A stretch of DNA of 64,000 nt from Eledone cirrhosa (lineage: Eukaryota). Below, piece by piece: positions 18,038 to 30,049 of this stretch. The position numbers and the translations under genes were made by a program. The stretch covers positions 254,882,001-254,946,000 of the forward strand of contig OZ024743.1 in the NCBI GenBank assembly GCA_964016885.1, written 5' to 3'. The notes under the pieces were generated by a model. That model was given only the letters and a program-made list of their open reading frames with translations, was not told the origin of the DNA and made no database searches. Each line of letters starts with the position of its first letter. The stretch's first letter is position 1.

Positions 18038-18967
18038 ATTTATTCTGACTCCCTGTACTCTAGGTTCAAATCCTACCAGGGTTAACTTTGCCCTTTCACC
18101 TTTCAGAAGTTTCGTCCAGAAATATTGTATTGTCCCTGAATTGGGATCAATTATCCCCCACCTCCCAACCCTCTCTCTCCTCCCCTCCGTCCTAGAAATC
18201 CCATATGTTCAAACCTGGAGAAAGATGGTCTCTGCAAGATATAAATGCCCCTCTAAAACTTCATTTCGAGTTCAAGGTCCATGAATTGATAGATACTTTG
18301 TTTCTGACCAGCACCACATTGAGGTTTAAACACAATCAGAGTAATGATCTCTTTACCTCTTATTGATGATTAGTATCCTATTCATCTGTTGAAAAATGTT
18401 GAATAACTCTGATAGATAGCTTCATTGTAACAATGTTTAAATATTTGTGAGTTTATTGTGTGAGCTCACTCCATGGTACACTAACTCACTCTACACTTCC
18501 ACTGATGAAAACATCAAACAGACTCTTATCAAAATTGTTAATTCATCTTTAAAGTGAAACACTTTGATAAAGAGTGATCACATTTAAATTGTTTATTCTC
18601 TCTTTCTCTCTGTCACTAACATAATATGGTCTGTTGTCATTGTAACTTAATGATGACTAACTCATTTGTCACATTAATTTCATTCAGTCTGTGTTGTTCA
18701 TAATAATTCTATCACGAATCCAGCAATTAAATATCATTTAGATATTGCTGTTTCTCTTTTTAACTAACATTAAATGGTTTATAAGTGCTAATTCCTTGAT
18801 TATAATGAGTTTCTTTCAGCATTTTAATTAATTGTCATTTAACTTGACAATCTCACATCATCACTTACTAACCAAACAAGCCTTAATTATAACTCACAAG
18901 CTTTTCAGCAATTCTTTGTGATGATTTGAGCTAATCACAAGAAGTAGTATTTTTCTGCAATATACAT

Positions 18968-20815
18968 ATGGCCATGTCAACACTTCTGCTTGATGTTTAC
19001 TGCCCCCCAAATTACCATCAAGACACACAGCTGTTTGATGTCCTCAGAGCTGCTGCCAGGAAAACAGCCACTTATGTTTTCTTCTGTTTTCAATTCTGCA
19101 TTAAAAACGGTGTTACACCAGAGCAGTGGAAAACTGCCAGTGTCTTTCCTCTGTTTAAAAAAGGTGATCAGATATCACCTGTCAACTATTGTTCAGTCAG
19201 ACTTACTAGCTGCATCACAAAACTGATGGAGACCTGTGTCAAAAATACACTCTGGAACTTCTGGGATTCTCACAGCCTTATCTGGACCTCACAATTTGGG
19301 TTTATCCCTAATTCCAGCTGCTGTGATCAACTCATCGAGTTTCTTGGAGCTATTACCCAAATCACTGATGGTGGCTCATGAGTGGATATTATTTATCTTG
19401 ACTTTGCTAAAGCTTTTAAATCTGTGCCACACAAAAGACTTATGGCAAAACTCTTTGCAATGAGTTTGAGAGATAATCTGGTTGAAGTCCCTCATTCTCA
19501 GTCGAAAAGAGGTAGCCATGGTTCTAGGACAGCAATCTTCACTCTATGAGAAGACATCTGGTGTACCACAGGGATCTGTTCTTGGTCCCCTTTTGTTTGT
19601 TGCATAGATTAAATACATAGATGCCAACTTAAAGAAAGCCACAGTGCTGAAATACACAGATGACATCAAGCTGTACCTTGAGATAAAAAGGAGAGTTCTT
19701 GTACACTATAGCTTTTTTCCTGCAATCAGACCTAGACACAATGCAGCAATGGATTATGGAATGGCAACTCAAGCTGGCTGTGGACAAATGCACCACTACG
19801 CATTTTTGGAAGAAAACTCCAGAAATCACAGACTCCCCCATCAACACCAATCTCGAGAAGCCTTCTTGTGAACATGACCTGGACATTATTGTCAACAGCG
19901 ATTTTCCTTGGACAAAGCACATCTCTAAAATTGTAAAGAAGGCCGAGGGTATCTTAACATCACCCAGTAAGACCTTTGTCAGCTGTATATAACTATGGTG
20001 CATCCACACTTAGAATTTTCATCACCAGTCTGGAACACCTATCTTGCTCAGAATATTGATCTGGAAACTGTTCAGAGATGTACAACCAAACAAATACCCT
20101 CCATCAGGCATCTACCATACTCTGAACGCCTTGCTTCCCTGGGACATGGATACATTGAAACTCCGACGTCTGGCTATTGACTTAGTAGATACCCAGAAGA
20201 TTTTTAACCATCATTCCAACAACAATCCTGAGCACCTTTCCGAATTCGATGTCTCTAACACCCGTGGACATGCTTACAAAATCATCAAACAGTACAATTC
20301 CCATGATTTTTAAAAAACATTTTTTCATGCTCAGATTTGCTGAAGCATGGAACAAACTGGGTGCATCAGTTGTTAGTTGTTGGGACACTTTCATGCTTCC
20401 TGAAATTCACCAACACTACACCTGATATTCCCCCTCTATACATATGCGCACATGTGTGTCTGTGCATATATCATGACTCATACACTGTTCACTTTCCTGA
20501 CAGTTGTATATTATTCTATGTACTATACATCAGTCATGTCAAACATGTGGCCCGCGGACTGCATGCAGCCTTTTACAAGCACACCTGCAGCTCGCACAAA
20601 CGTTTTTACAGTGCTAGCATGTTTTATCTTCGTTATATCAAATAAAAAAAATTAGTTGTAATGTGAGCAATTAGGTCTCATCTGTGGCCCTCAGACAACA
20701 CATATGTGACCCATATGGCCCTCGGGGGACCCTCAGTTTGATATGCCTGTTATACATGCACCTTTGATGAGTTGTAGTGCATGTGAGCAATGTACACAAT
20801 AATTTTCATTATCAT
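18968..20815 (+). mobile_element. CR1-clade LINE (family 2), internally deleted and decayed
   Basis: VYCPP; WKTASVFPLFKKG; YLDFAKAF; GVPQGSVLGPLLF; YTDDIKL. The 3' UTR matches 53560-53790. Confidence 0.9.
20531..20749. mobile_element. hAT (Charlie-like) MITE
   Basis: TIRs CAGTCATGTCAAAC / GTTTGATATGCCTG and an 8-bp TSD CTATACAT/TTATACAT. The empty site is present in the sister LINE near 53720. Confidence 0.88.
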
Positions 20816-21111
20816 AAGCTCACTTATTAACAGACAATCTTAACTAAATCTCATGACCCCATTTGTTAAACTACCCTATAACTATAATTCATAAGGCCAC
20901 TTGTTAACTTCTAACCTTAACTAACCTTAATGCAATCTCTTTTAATCCACAATTTTAACTACAATTCACAAAATACTTGTTAAACCACAATCATAACTAT
21001 AACTCAAAAGCTCACATATTAGACGACAACTTTAACTAAATCTTACAACCTCACTTACAAACTTTATAAAATTATGTCAGAATGTTTGCCAGAACGATCC
21101 AAACACCAGCT

Positions 21112-21300
21112 TAATAATTGTTTCTACTTTTGGCACAAGGCCAACAATCACTCAGTGTATTACTGGTACTTTTATTTTATTGACCCCGTAAGGATGAAAG
21201 GCAAAGTTAACCTCGACGGGATATGAACTCAGAATGGCAAGGACCGTAACTCTATGCGTCAAAGCATGGCGTCCGACCCTCTACCGATACTGCCAATCGA
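21112..21300 (-). mobile_element. tRNA-derived SINE family A (Deu/Nin-like central domain)
   Basis: Box A-like TGGCAGTATCGG, box B-like GAGTTCA, GCCTTTCATCCTTACGGGGTC, (ATT)n tail. Many copies in the window. Confidence 0.88.
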
Positions 21301-21349
21301 CCTTAATAATGATTATTAATCTAGGTCCTAGGCATACAATTTGTGAGGA

Positions 21350-21500
21350 GGTGAAAATCGATTATATTGACCCCAATATTTGTCTGATACTTTATTTTCT
21401 TGATGCCAGAAGAATGAAAGGCAAAGTTGAGCTCAACTGGATTTGAACACAGAATGTAGACTGTCATAACTAAAAACTTCAAAGTACTTTGTTTCATGCT
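21350..21500 (-). mobile_element. Older SINE related to family A
   Basis: GAATGAAAGGCAAAGTTGA...GGATTTGAAC motif. Confidence 0.65.
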
Positions 21501-22767
21501 CTACCAATAAAGACCAACTTATTAATGATAAAGTTATATTCTAAATTTTAAAAAATATTCAAATATTTATTGAAGATCAAAAGCAGTGTCTTTCATATGA
21601 AACATTTACAAAAAAGGTTAATTCTATACTGGAAAGACTTTTCTACTTCATCATATAAGTGAAAAGTTTCGTCATATTACTAACTCCTTACAAATTTTGA
21701 GTTATTTTCAAAATTAATTAAAAATCATAGGCAATGGATTTCATTCAAATATGGGAATGAGAAGGGTTAATCCGATGTTGCAATGATTCTTTCAGTAATA
21801 AAATATTTTAACCCTTTATTTAATTTGAGGTACTTGCTGTTGACTTCTTAGAATTAGAGAAAAAATAGCATTGTTTAAATTCTATAAATTCTATCTTTGA
21901 AATAACTCTGAAGGAAAAAATTGAAGTTTGAAAAGTTTCCAAACACAAACAGAAAATCTTTATACCGAGAGAATTTAACTAAGCTGCCATCAATATTCAA
22001 GAGATTTCAGAATAGTTTATTGCTTCTGGCAGTAGTTAAGACTAATTCTGGAAATAAAGCAAAATATTTGTTTGTTAGTATTATTGTTTGGAATTTTCCA
22101 TGTTATTCCTCAAGAGGCTTGACCTGAGGGTATGGCAATGTTTCTACCTATATACCTGGCTATCATAAGAAATAAAACAAACTGGAACATTTTTCCCTTC
22201 CAGACTAAATGCATTTTTTCCTTCATTCTAATTATACAGACATCTCTTGTACCCCCAATGAGATTTCTTTGAGAACCAACTTCTTCTTGGAGAAGATCTC
22301 ACATATATATATATACCATCAGGATGATATATTTTGTTTGTGATTCTCTGTTTTCATTATAAATGCATTCGTTGAGGCTACATGAAAATATCTTCAGCTT
22401 TATTTTCAGAATAATTTAATCTTGGAAAGCATGGACAAATGGACATAAAAACTTGAACGATATATATATAAAAGGCAAGTTTGTTTTGAAAGAGTGGGCG
22501 AAGTTTAAAATTTAGTACAAATAGCTTTTAGTTTATTTTTGACTAAAGAAATTTTAGCCTGATAGGGGAATTTAAAAACCCTCTAAAATAGGAAAAGAAT
22601 GAGTATTGACGTACATGTGAACTGGATCCACATCTTTGGTTATCCAGACCACTGTGGTACAATTACACCAATACATCACTCATGCCTTTGAATTAAAATC
22701 AGAAGATATATTCCTAGAAAGTATAATGACAAAGCAAATTTTTTTGAAACAGCGATATACATATATA

Positions 22768-23409
22768 CGAGGGAAAGTAAAAAATTATCTGTACAATTGT
22801 TTTTTTTAATTTATTTACCCAAAGGCAGGGGGTTAAACAAATATATCATTTTTCTACATAGTCTCTTTTCTTTTCTATGCACTTAATCCAGCAGTCCACA
22901 AGCTTGCTTATTCTCCCCAAGAAGATTATCAGTTGGTTGCAGAACCAGTTATACACTGCTTCCTGCACTTCTTTATCCATAAGAAATCAATGACCTCATA
23001 AAGCATCTTTGAATAGTCCAAAGAGATGATAAGCAAGGTGTTCCAGCACATCAAAACCCAATTGGTTAATAATTTCAGTGGTCTGGCCAGCCGTATGTGG
23101 GCGTGCATTGTAGTGCAACAACAAAACTTTCTTCGACAATAGGCTTCAGTGTTTGGTGCAAATTGCTGGCTTTAGATTATTGGCCAGCAAAGCACTGTAT
23201 CTTGCACTGTTGATTATACGTGCCTTGGTGCACACTGCTAGTGGAGTAGCCATGTTTACACTGTAATAGCAGCATACAAATTGGCATAATCAAGCTCAAG
23301 CATTGATCATATGGCCACAATAAATATAAGCACGCATAAGGAGAATGCAGTGTGAAAAATCTAAAGTTATGCTATGGTGAAAGTGCAGATAATCTTTGAC
23401 TTACCATCA
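22768..23409 (-). mobile_element. Mariner-type DNA transposon, internally deleted
   Basis: TIRs CGAGGGAAAGTAAAAAATTATCTGTAC / GTGCAGATAATCTTTGACTTACCATCA after TA. The minus strand at 22846-22915 encodes the mariner C-terminus KLVDCWIKCIEKKRDYVEK*. Confidence 0.85.
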
Positions 23410-23484
23410 CACGCACGCACGCACACATATATAGTGAGAGAGTGAAGAATAACATGGTCAACACTACAAAAAGGGTTTTATTTA

Positions 23485-23596
23485 CAGTATTAACAATTGT
23501 TTCATTGATTAAGTTGTCTAAAAATGCTAATCACTTGAAGTTTTGTCTCTCAATTTTAAATACAATGTATGCTTAACCAAATGATCAGAAAAACTG
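23485..23596 (-). ncRNA. Degenerate hammerhead with long stem II
   Basis: CAGTTTTT-CTGATCA-TTTGGTTAAG...CTTAATCAAT-GAAA-CAATTG-TT-AATACTG. The G8>C core change probably inactivates it. Confidence 0.6.
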
Positions 23597-24039
23597 ATTA
23601 AAATTATACACGGCGTTTGTAATATACTAGGAAAATTCAAATCACAACATAAGTAATAAAGAAAGAAGAAAAAACAAAAGAGAAAAAATAAATAATAATA
23701 AATAAATAAGAATGAAGATGATAAAAAAATAAATAAAAAAATTTATGTGTGCGAAGAAAAGTGAACATAATATGATTGTTGAAAATAGTTGTGGTGCTGG
23801 TGGTTAAAATATAAAGATGTGAGGGTATAAACATGAACATACTAAATATATACATATATATATATATATGCATTGGTTAAATTAATAAATTAATAAATTG
23901 GAAGTTATGTTAGAAGTGAAGAGAATACGATAGGATATAATGTAAGAGGTGAAATAGATTTAGGGAAAGAGAGAGTGAAAGAGAGAAAAGTTAGGAGTTT
24001 ATGATGTTGATTCAGTGATTAGTTGATTTATTGACAGTT

Positions 24040-24230
24040 AATAATAATAATAATTGTTTCTACTTTTGGCACAAGGCCAGCAATTATCTCAGTGTATTAC
24101 TGGTACTTTATTTTATCGACCCCTTAAGGATGAAAGGCAAAGTTAACCTCGGCGGGTTTTGAACTCAATCCGTAAAGGGACGTAACTGTGCTGCAAAGCA
24201 TGGCGTCCGACCCTCTACTGATACTGCCAA
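24040..24230 (-). mobile_element. SINE family A
   Basis: Matches 21112-21300, with (ATT)n tail. Confidence 0.9.
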
Positions 24231-24497
24231 TAGTAATGATTTCATTTATTGGCCACAAGGGCCGACATATAGGGGACAATACAAAGACTAGGACAGTGGG
24301 GTTTTACAGAAAAGTTGAGTAAACAATATGAATAAACAAAGTAACAATAAAGTAACAATAAAATTAAAACAAGAAAAAATTATCCAATAGGGGGGATGAC
24401 CACCTAGGGTTCGCTCAGGTACCCCACCAGTCCTGAACGACCCGACGCTTCGAGAGCACCCTGGAAGGGCACCCCTCTCCTCTTCAAATTTACCTAC

Positions 24498-27400
24498 CTA
24501 CAGCCGCATGATCAGAGTAAGCCCACTCACACGGGCCATTCTCGCCACATTCACCCACCTTTCAGAAAATGTACTGGGGGGCAGCACTTCTCTCTCCACC
24601 CTCACCTTCCTTTCCAAGTGAAACTTGAAAAAGTTGATGAGGGATTGGCCGAAGAGAAAAGTGTCTGTCTTCAGTCCTTTCAACCTCGTCCACAATACAA
24701 CCTCTTTCGCTACTGCCACCAGACAGAGGAAAATTGCCTGCTCTTCCTTCCAAAAGAAGGCGGCGGGTCGATCTTCACTATGGACTCGGCCGATAGCTGG
24801 ATCCATTCTACACGCGACAACAGCTGTTCAACACAACTCCACAAGTCAGTAATGCACGGACACTGGACGAGTGCGTGCAGAACGGTTTCGTCGCTCTGCG
24901 CGCATCTCGGACAGGTCCGTCTGACAGCACTTCCGTGCCTGTAGAGTTTATCTCGAACCGGCAGTGCCCCCCGGTAGCACTGCCAAGCGAGGAGGGATTT
25001 TTGGAAATTATCCATCGTCCCCGGCTCGAGAAGTCCTCTGGTACAGACTGGTTAGTTCGACTTCGTTGACTCTCAGAGCCTCTCCGAGTGCGTCGTCGCA
25101 CTTGCCCAGCACTAATGCTCTATAGAACTCGAGAGTGGAAGTTCCAATTGCCTGCCTGCTAGAGGGCAGTGAGTGCCTGGCAACATTCCAGATGCCAGTC
25201 ACCCAGTCTCGGTCTCTTCTTGACCCAGGACTGCAACTTAGTCAAAGAAACGAGCTGCGGAAAGGCCCGTCTGACAAACGGCGACCACACCTGTTCACCG
25301 TTTAGGCAGAATCTCTGGAGATGCCGCAACCTCAGCGCGTGCCTGCGCATAATTAGCCACAGCATGCCCAGCCCTCCACGTAGAGGGTGCTGGCAGCAGA
25401 TGGACCGCCTCACCAGCGGAACCTGACTCCTCCACCAGAATTTGAAGAGGAGCCGCTCCAAGATGGCGAGGGGCAAGGGACGAGAGTCAGACGGTAGTAG
25501 ATGACGGACGCGATGTACGCGTTCGCCACCTCCGCCCGACCTTTCAGTGATAGCTTCATCCCAGCCCATTTCAGGGTGAGACTGATTACCCTGCCCGTCA
25601 CATCGTCCCAATTCTTATCCACCAGGAGGTCTGGCCCGAACCAAATCGCTAGCAACTTTACCGGTCTGTCCGTCCAGCGCCTAACGACGCTGTTGGACGG
25701 CATGGACTTGCCTCTCTAGGTGCTGAGTTGGAAGCCTACTGACTTTTCCCGGTTAAGTTTTGCTCCCGTCAACCTTTCATATTCCTCCAATAAGTTGCCG
25801 ACCACCTCAATTTCTGAGGTGTCCAATACCATCACGGTGATGTCGTCCGCATAAGCCGACACAGCCTTTCCGCGTCCCGGTTCGAGCGGGATGCCCTGCA
25901 ACAGCTCCAGCTTCCGCAGTAAAGGCTCGAGAGTCAATACGTACAGAAGGGAGGAGAGAGGGCACCCTTGACGGACCGATCGGGAGACCTGAAACGGTTC
26001 CGAGAGGTGGCCATTAATTTTGACCATCGAGCAGGTGCCGCTGTGCATTGCAGCGATCCAGCCTCTGAAGACGGGGCCGAAGCCAGCCGCCCTGAGGACA
26101 GCCTCCAGGTACCGATGGTCGACCCTATCGAATGCTTTCGATTGATCTAAATTGATCAGAGCCCCACCGAAGCCAGGTTTACACCCTACCCTCTCTATGA
26201 TGTATCGCATTAGGTGGAGGTTGTCGTGTATGGACCTGGTTGGGATTGCGCAAGTTTGCGCCTCCCCAACCAAATTCCCGATGACAAGCGCCAACCTCTT
26301 CGCTAACACCCTGGGTAAAATCTTAAACTCTGTGTTGAGCAGAGTTATGGGCCTGAAATTGTCTAATGTGACCCTCTTGTTCTCGTCTTTCCTTATCAGC
26401 GTCACTACGCGCCGGCTCACAGAACTGGGAATACTCCCGTTTTGCTGCCAGTTGCAGTAGAGGGCTTCGAGGAGATTGGAGATCAAGTCTGGCATATTTA
26501 CGTAAAGCTTGTAACGCAGACCATCCAAACCGGGTGACTTGCGCCTCATGCAGCCTACAAGGGCATCCTGAATCTAGGCTGAAGTAATTGGCCTTTCGCA
26601 GCGCCCAGTGTCAGCCGTCGAGAGTTGCGGCAAGCCATCGAGGTAGGGACTGAAGTCCGCCACCATCTCTGACCCGCCACTTCCCCTGAACAACCGAGCA
26701 AAATGTTGGCGAAAGCTCTCACACATCCTCTTTTTATTACCACGCTGCGCCACTGCCATGCGAGCCCATCGAACAGCTTTGGTTCCCTCGTTTCTCAGAG
26801 CACGCACCTTAGCTCTGACAATGCAACCTTCGTGTTTCGCATTGAAGAAATGGTCTAATGCCATTCTCGCCACTAGCACATCATTTGCAGTGCCACTACC
26901 AATAGCTTCGTCTCACTTATCTACCAACATCCCCTCCTTTCTATTTTTCTCTAATGCTACTTCTTTGCTAAACTCTATCGACATTACTCTAATCTCTCTT
27001 TTGAGAGCCGCCCACCATCTATTGTTGACGACTCCCCCTGTCAACTTTTTCTTAACTAAATTATTGACCTGGTCCCTGTAAGCCTTACGTGCCGGAAATG
27101 ACATGTTTAGCTTCCAGTAACCAGGGGCTAACCTACGCGTCTTATCTAGGTCGACCATACAGATCACAAACTTGTGATCTGAATAGGCGACCGTTTCAAA
27201 ACATGGACAGCTTACACTATATCTGTCTATTTTCCTAATGAATATCCTGTCTATATACGATCTAGATGACCCTATGCGGTTAGCCCAGGTCCACACTGGC
27301 GCATTAGGGAAATCTAGTCGGTACCTGTCAGACAGTTGGAACTGGCTGATCAAGTTCTTGAGGCTTTTGCACCCCCCGCTCCTATCGGATACTCCCACAC

Positions 27401-27832
27401 AGTCCCAGCGTGCGTCTAAGATGCCGTTCCAGTCCCCCGCTAACAGTAAAGGGCGAGACGTACCCAGAAAGGCTTCCAGGCGTCTAAAGAAGTCCGCCGT
27501 CCTGCCCCAGTAGGAGAATAGACGGCCACCAGTCTAAAGGCACAACATTCATTATTGTTCACGTCCGGGTCCCGGAAGATCGACCTTACCTCGAGATCCA
27601 GGCCTTTCCTAAACAGCACTGTCACCCCGCCTCCCATTCCCGGCCGGCTAACAGATGCAAAGATCTGATAGTCGTCAAAAACGGGGGCTAGTGTGCGCAT
27701 GTCGGATATCCTGGTCTCGCTGACTGCAATTACATCCATTTCTATAGACCTGAGGTCGTTGAGCAGGTGACCCTGCTTCCAGGACGATCCCAGGCCTCGA
27801 ACATTTAAACATCCTACTCTTAATACGGCCAT
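24498..27832 (-). pseudogene. Tx1-like ORF2 (APE endonuclease, RT, zinc motif), frameshifted
   Basis: LNVRGL...SETR...IDRIF...YSDHK; PGLDG...FRPITLLNTEFKI...LDQSKAFDRVDH...RQGCPLS...AYADD; CPRC....ETVLHALVQC. Confidence 0.92.
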
Positions 27833-27863
27833 GTTGGCAGGTTAAACAGAGAGAGAGGAAGGT

Positions 27864-29824
27864 TTACTTACCTTCCGGGCTCTTGTGAAGGTCGGGTTGT
27901 TCTACCTCCATAGTTAGTGGGGTTTCTTTTGGGAACCCCTTTAAAAGTCTTGAAGTGGGTTTTACGTTCGGGGTTCCCACGTCCCGGGGAAAGCTGTCTC
28001 GTATTTCTTCGAATATGTCGAGCGACATTCGCACCAGAACCATATCTTCCGGCACGTGAAATGTGCTCGATTTAAAAATTTCCCCTCTTTTTGTATATTT
28101 TCACTTCGTGCTACGAGGGCCATCAGTTCCTTGTTGGCCCTCCTGACGAGCAGAAAGTTTTGTATGTTTTGTTGGTGTGATTTTATTTGTTTGCGTGGCT
28201 GTGGTGGTGATGGTTTTGGTGGTGTTGTTTTGGTTGTATCTGTGTTTGTTGTGAGTGCGGTGTCTGTGGTTTCAGATGTTTGTGTGTATATTTGTTCTTG
28301 CGTCTGTTTCGGTTGTTTGCGTCTGGGGGATTCTGGTGATGGTGATGTTGGTGTTATTGGAGAGATGTTTGCATGAGTGGTGTCTGCGTTTTTTATTGTG
28401 GGTGCTTTTGTGCTTTGTTGATTTTTTTTTTCTTTTTGTGTTTCCTTTTTTGTATTTTGGGGGATTTGGGATTTCCCTCATCTTCACTACTGGTAGATGA
28501 GGGGTCTGTGTATGTAAGTGTGTCTGTATGTATGTTTAAGGTTTTATTGGTGTGTGTATTTTGGGGGGGAGGGGAATTTGACAGCTTTCCTCGTTTCCCC
28601 CCTGGGTGGTCAATGTTAGTGGTGGTCTTTCTATTGGTGTTGTTGTTGGTGGTTTTGCCGGTGCAGGTGTTGGTTGTGGTCTTCGCCCCGGCGTCGGCAG
28701 CAGTGGAGCCTTTCGACCCCTTGCCTCTTTCAGCAGTTGAGGGCAGAAGGCTCGCAAATGTGTTTTTTCTCCACAAACAAAACACTGCGGCCTTTTGCCT
28801 TCGGTCATAATGTGAATGACAGTCCCCTTCTGAAGTCGGATGTGGTCTGGGATTGTCTTCACATTCTCGGGCCTGATCTGGAGAAGGATCTCCAGGTCAA
28901 CCCCGGACCAGTCCTCTCTGGCCGTTCTCGTCACTTCTATAGGGACTGTATCCGTCCCCTCCACAATCACACATCCCAGAAGCCACCACATGTCAAGTCC
29001 TGGTGGGATTCTGGGAATGCGGAAATGGGCCGTTATTTTTCCCATGTGGGAGGGGTACATTATGACCTTGCTGGTTTTGCAAGGAGTCATGGCGTGTTTC
29101 ATCGCGAGGGCTTCTGACTTGAACAACACCGAAATGGTGCCGTACTGTCTGCCCCTCTCTATGTACTGGGTGTCTTCTCTGATGCACCTCAGCGCGACTT
29201 CGATTTCTTCTTTTGCGATTAACGCTGCCCTTTTGGTTTGTGCTGAGATGCATCTACAATGCACCGTTTTGCGCTCCACTGCCTCAATAGCTTCTACCGG
29301 GACAGTTAAGTTGGCCCAAGTTTGCTCTTGCTTGATGAGCTTCCATGCCTGGGCCAACTTTTCATCTTTGTTTGAGAGGTCCATGTTGAAGCATGGCCTC
29401 TTTTTTGCTGCTGCCGCAGCGAAAGTAGTCTTGTTTTCGTTGGGGGTGTTGTTGACATTGTTCTTGTTGGTGTTGTTGTTAGCACTGTCGCTGTTATCAT
29501 TGTTGTCTTTGTTGCCACCGTTGTTCTCGGTGCAGTTGGTATTGTTGCTGTTGGTGTTGTCGATATTTGTTTTCATGTTAGTGGTGTTGATATTGTTGTT
29601 GTATTTGTTATTTTTTTTTTGTTATCTGTATTTTCGTTGTCGCTGTTACTGTCATTTTTTTCAAAATTAGAGTTCTTATTGGTATCATTGGTGTCCTTGT
29701 TTACATTGTTTGTGGTGGTGTTTGTGTTATCAATGTGTGTTAATTTCGCTGTAGCGCTCCTCTCAACTTCTACGTCGTTGTCGCACGACAGCCGACATAT
29801 CGCTGGGGGGCGTGGCTCAGCCAT
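27864..29824 (-). pseudogene. Tx1-like ORF1 (Asn-rich N-terminus, CFVCGEKTHLRAFC zinc knuckle), frameshifted
   Basis: Chained ORFs 29824>29573, 29576>28536 and onwards to a stop near 27864, directly upstream of the ORF2 ATG. Confidence 0.8.
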
Positions 29825-30049
29825 GTTTTTTCTTTCCTTCGTAAATTTTTTAACATGTAAAAAAAAGTTCAAATATTTGGGCCAAAAGGTCCAAATATTA
29901 TACTTTCCCCTTCACGGGGCAAAGTCTAAGGGCTTATATCCCTTACACAACAAGAAATATTTAACAAATAATTTAAACAGGCAAATAAAGCGACTTACTG
30001 TGAGCGAGCAAAATACGTTCGCTTAGACCAATAATAATAATAATAATGG

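Larger units (their letters stand above)
24238..30027 (-). mobile_element. Near full-length L1-clade (Tx1-like) LINE
   Basis: ORF1 with CCHC knuckle, ORF2 with APE, RT and C-terminal Zn motif, AATAAA near the 3' end, possible TSD CCAATA(G/A)TAAT. Confidence 0.92.

Noticed and set aside
21900-22450. Possible host exons in unique AT-rich stretches (also 13.8-14.4, 34.3-34.9, 46.5-47.1, 48.6-50.6 kb)
   Set aside because: No recognisable protein motif or convincing splice-bounded open frame. Small exons cannot be excluded without RNA-seq.
28056-30026. Plus-strand hydrophobic (Val/Leu-rich) ORFs
   Set aside because: Antisense shadows of the A/C-rich Tx1 ORF1.
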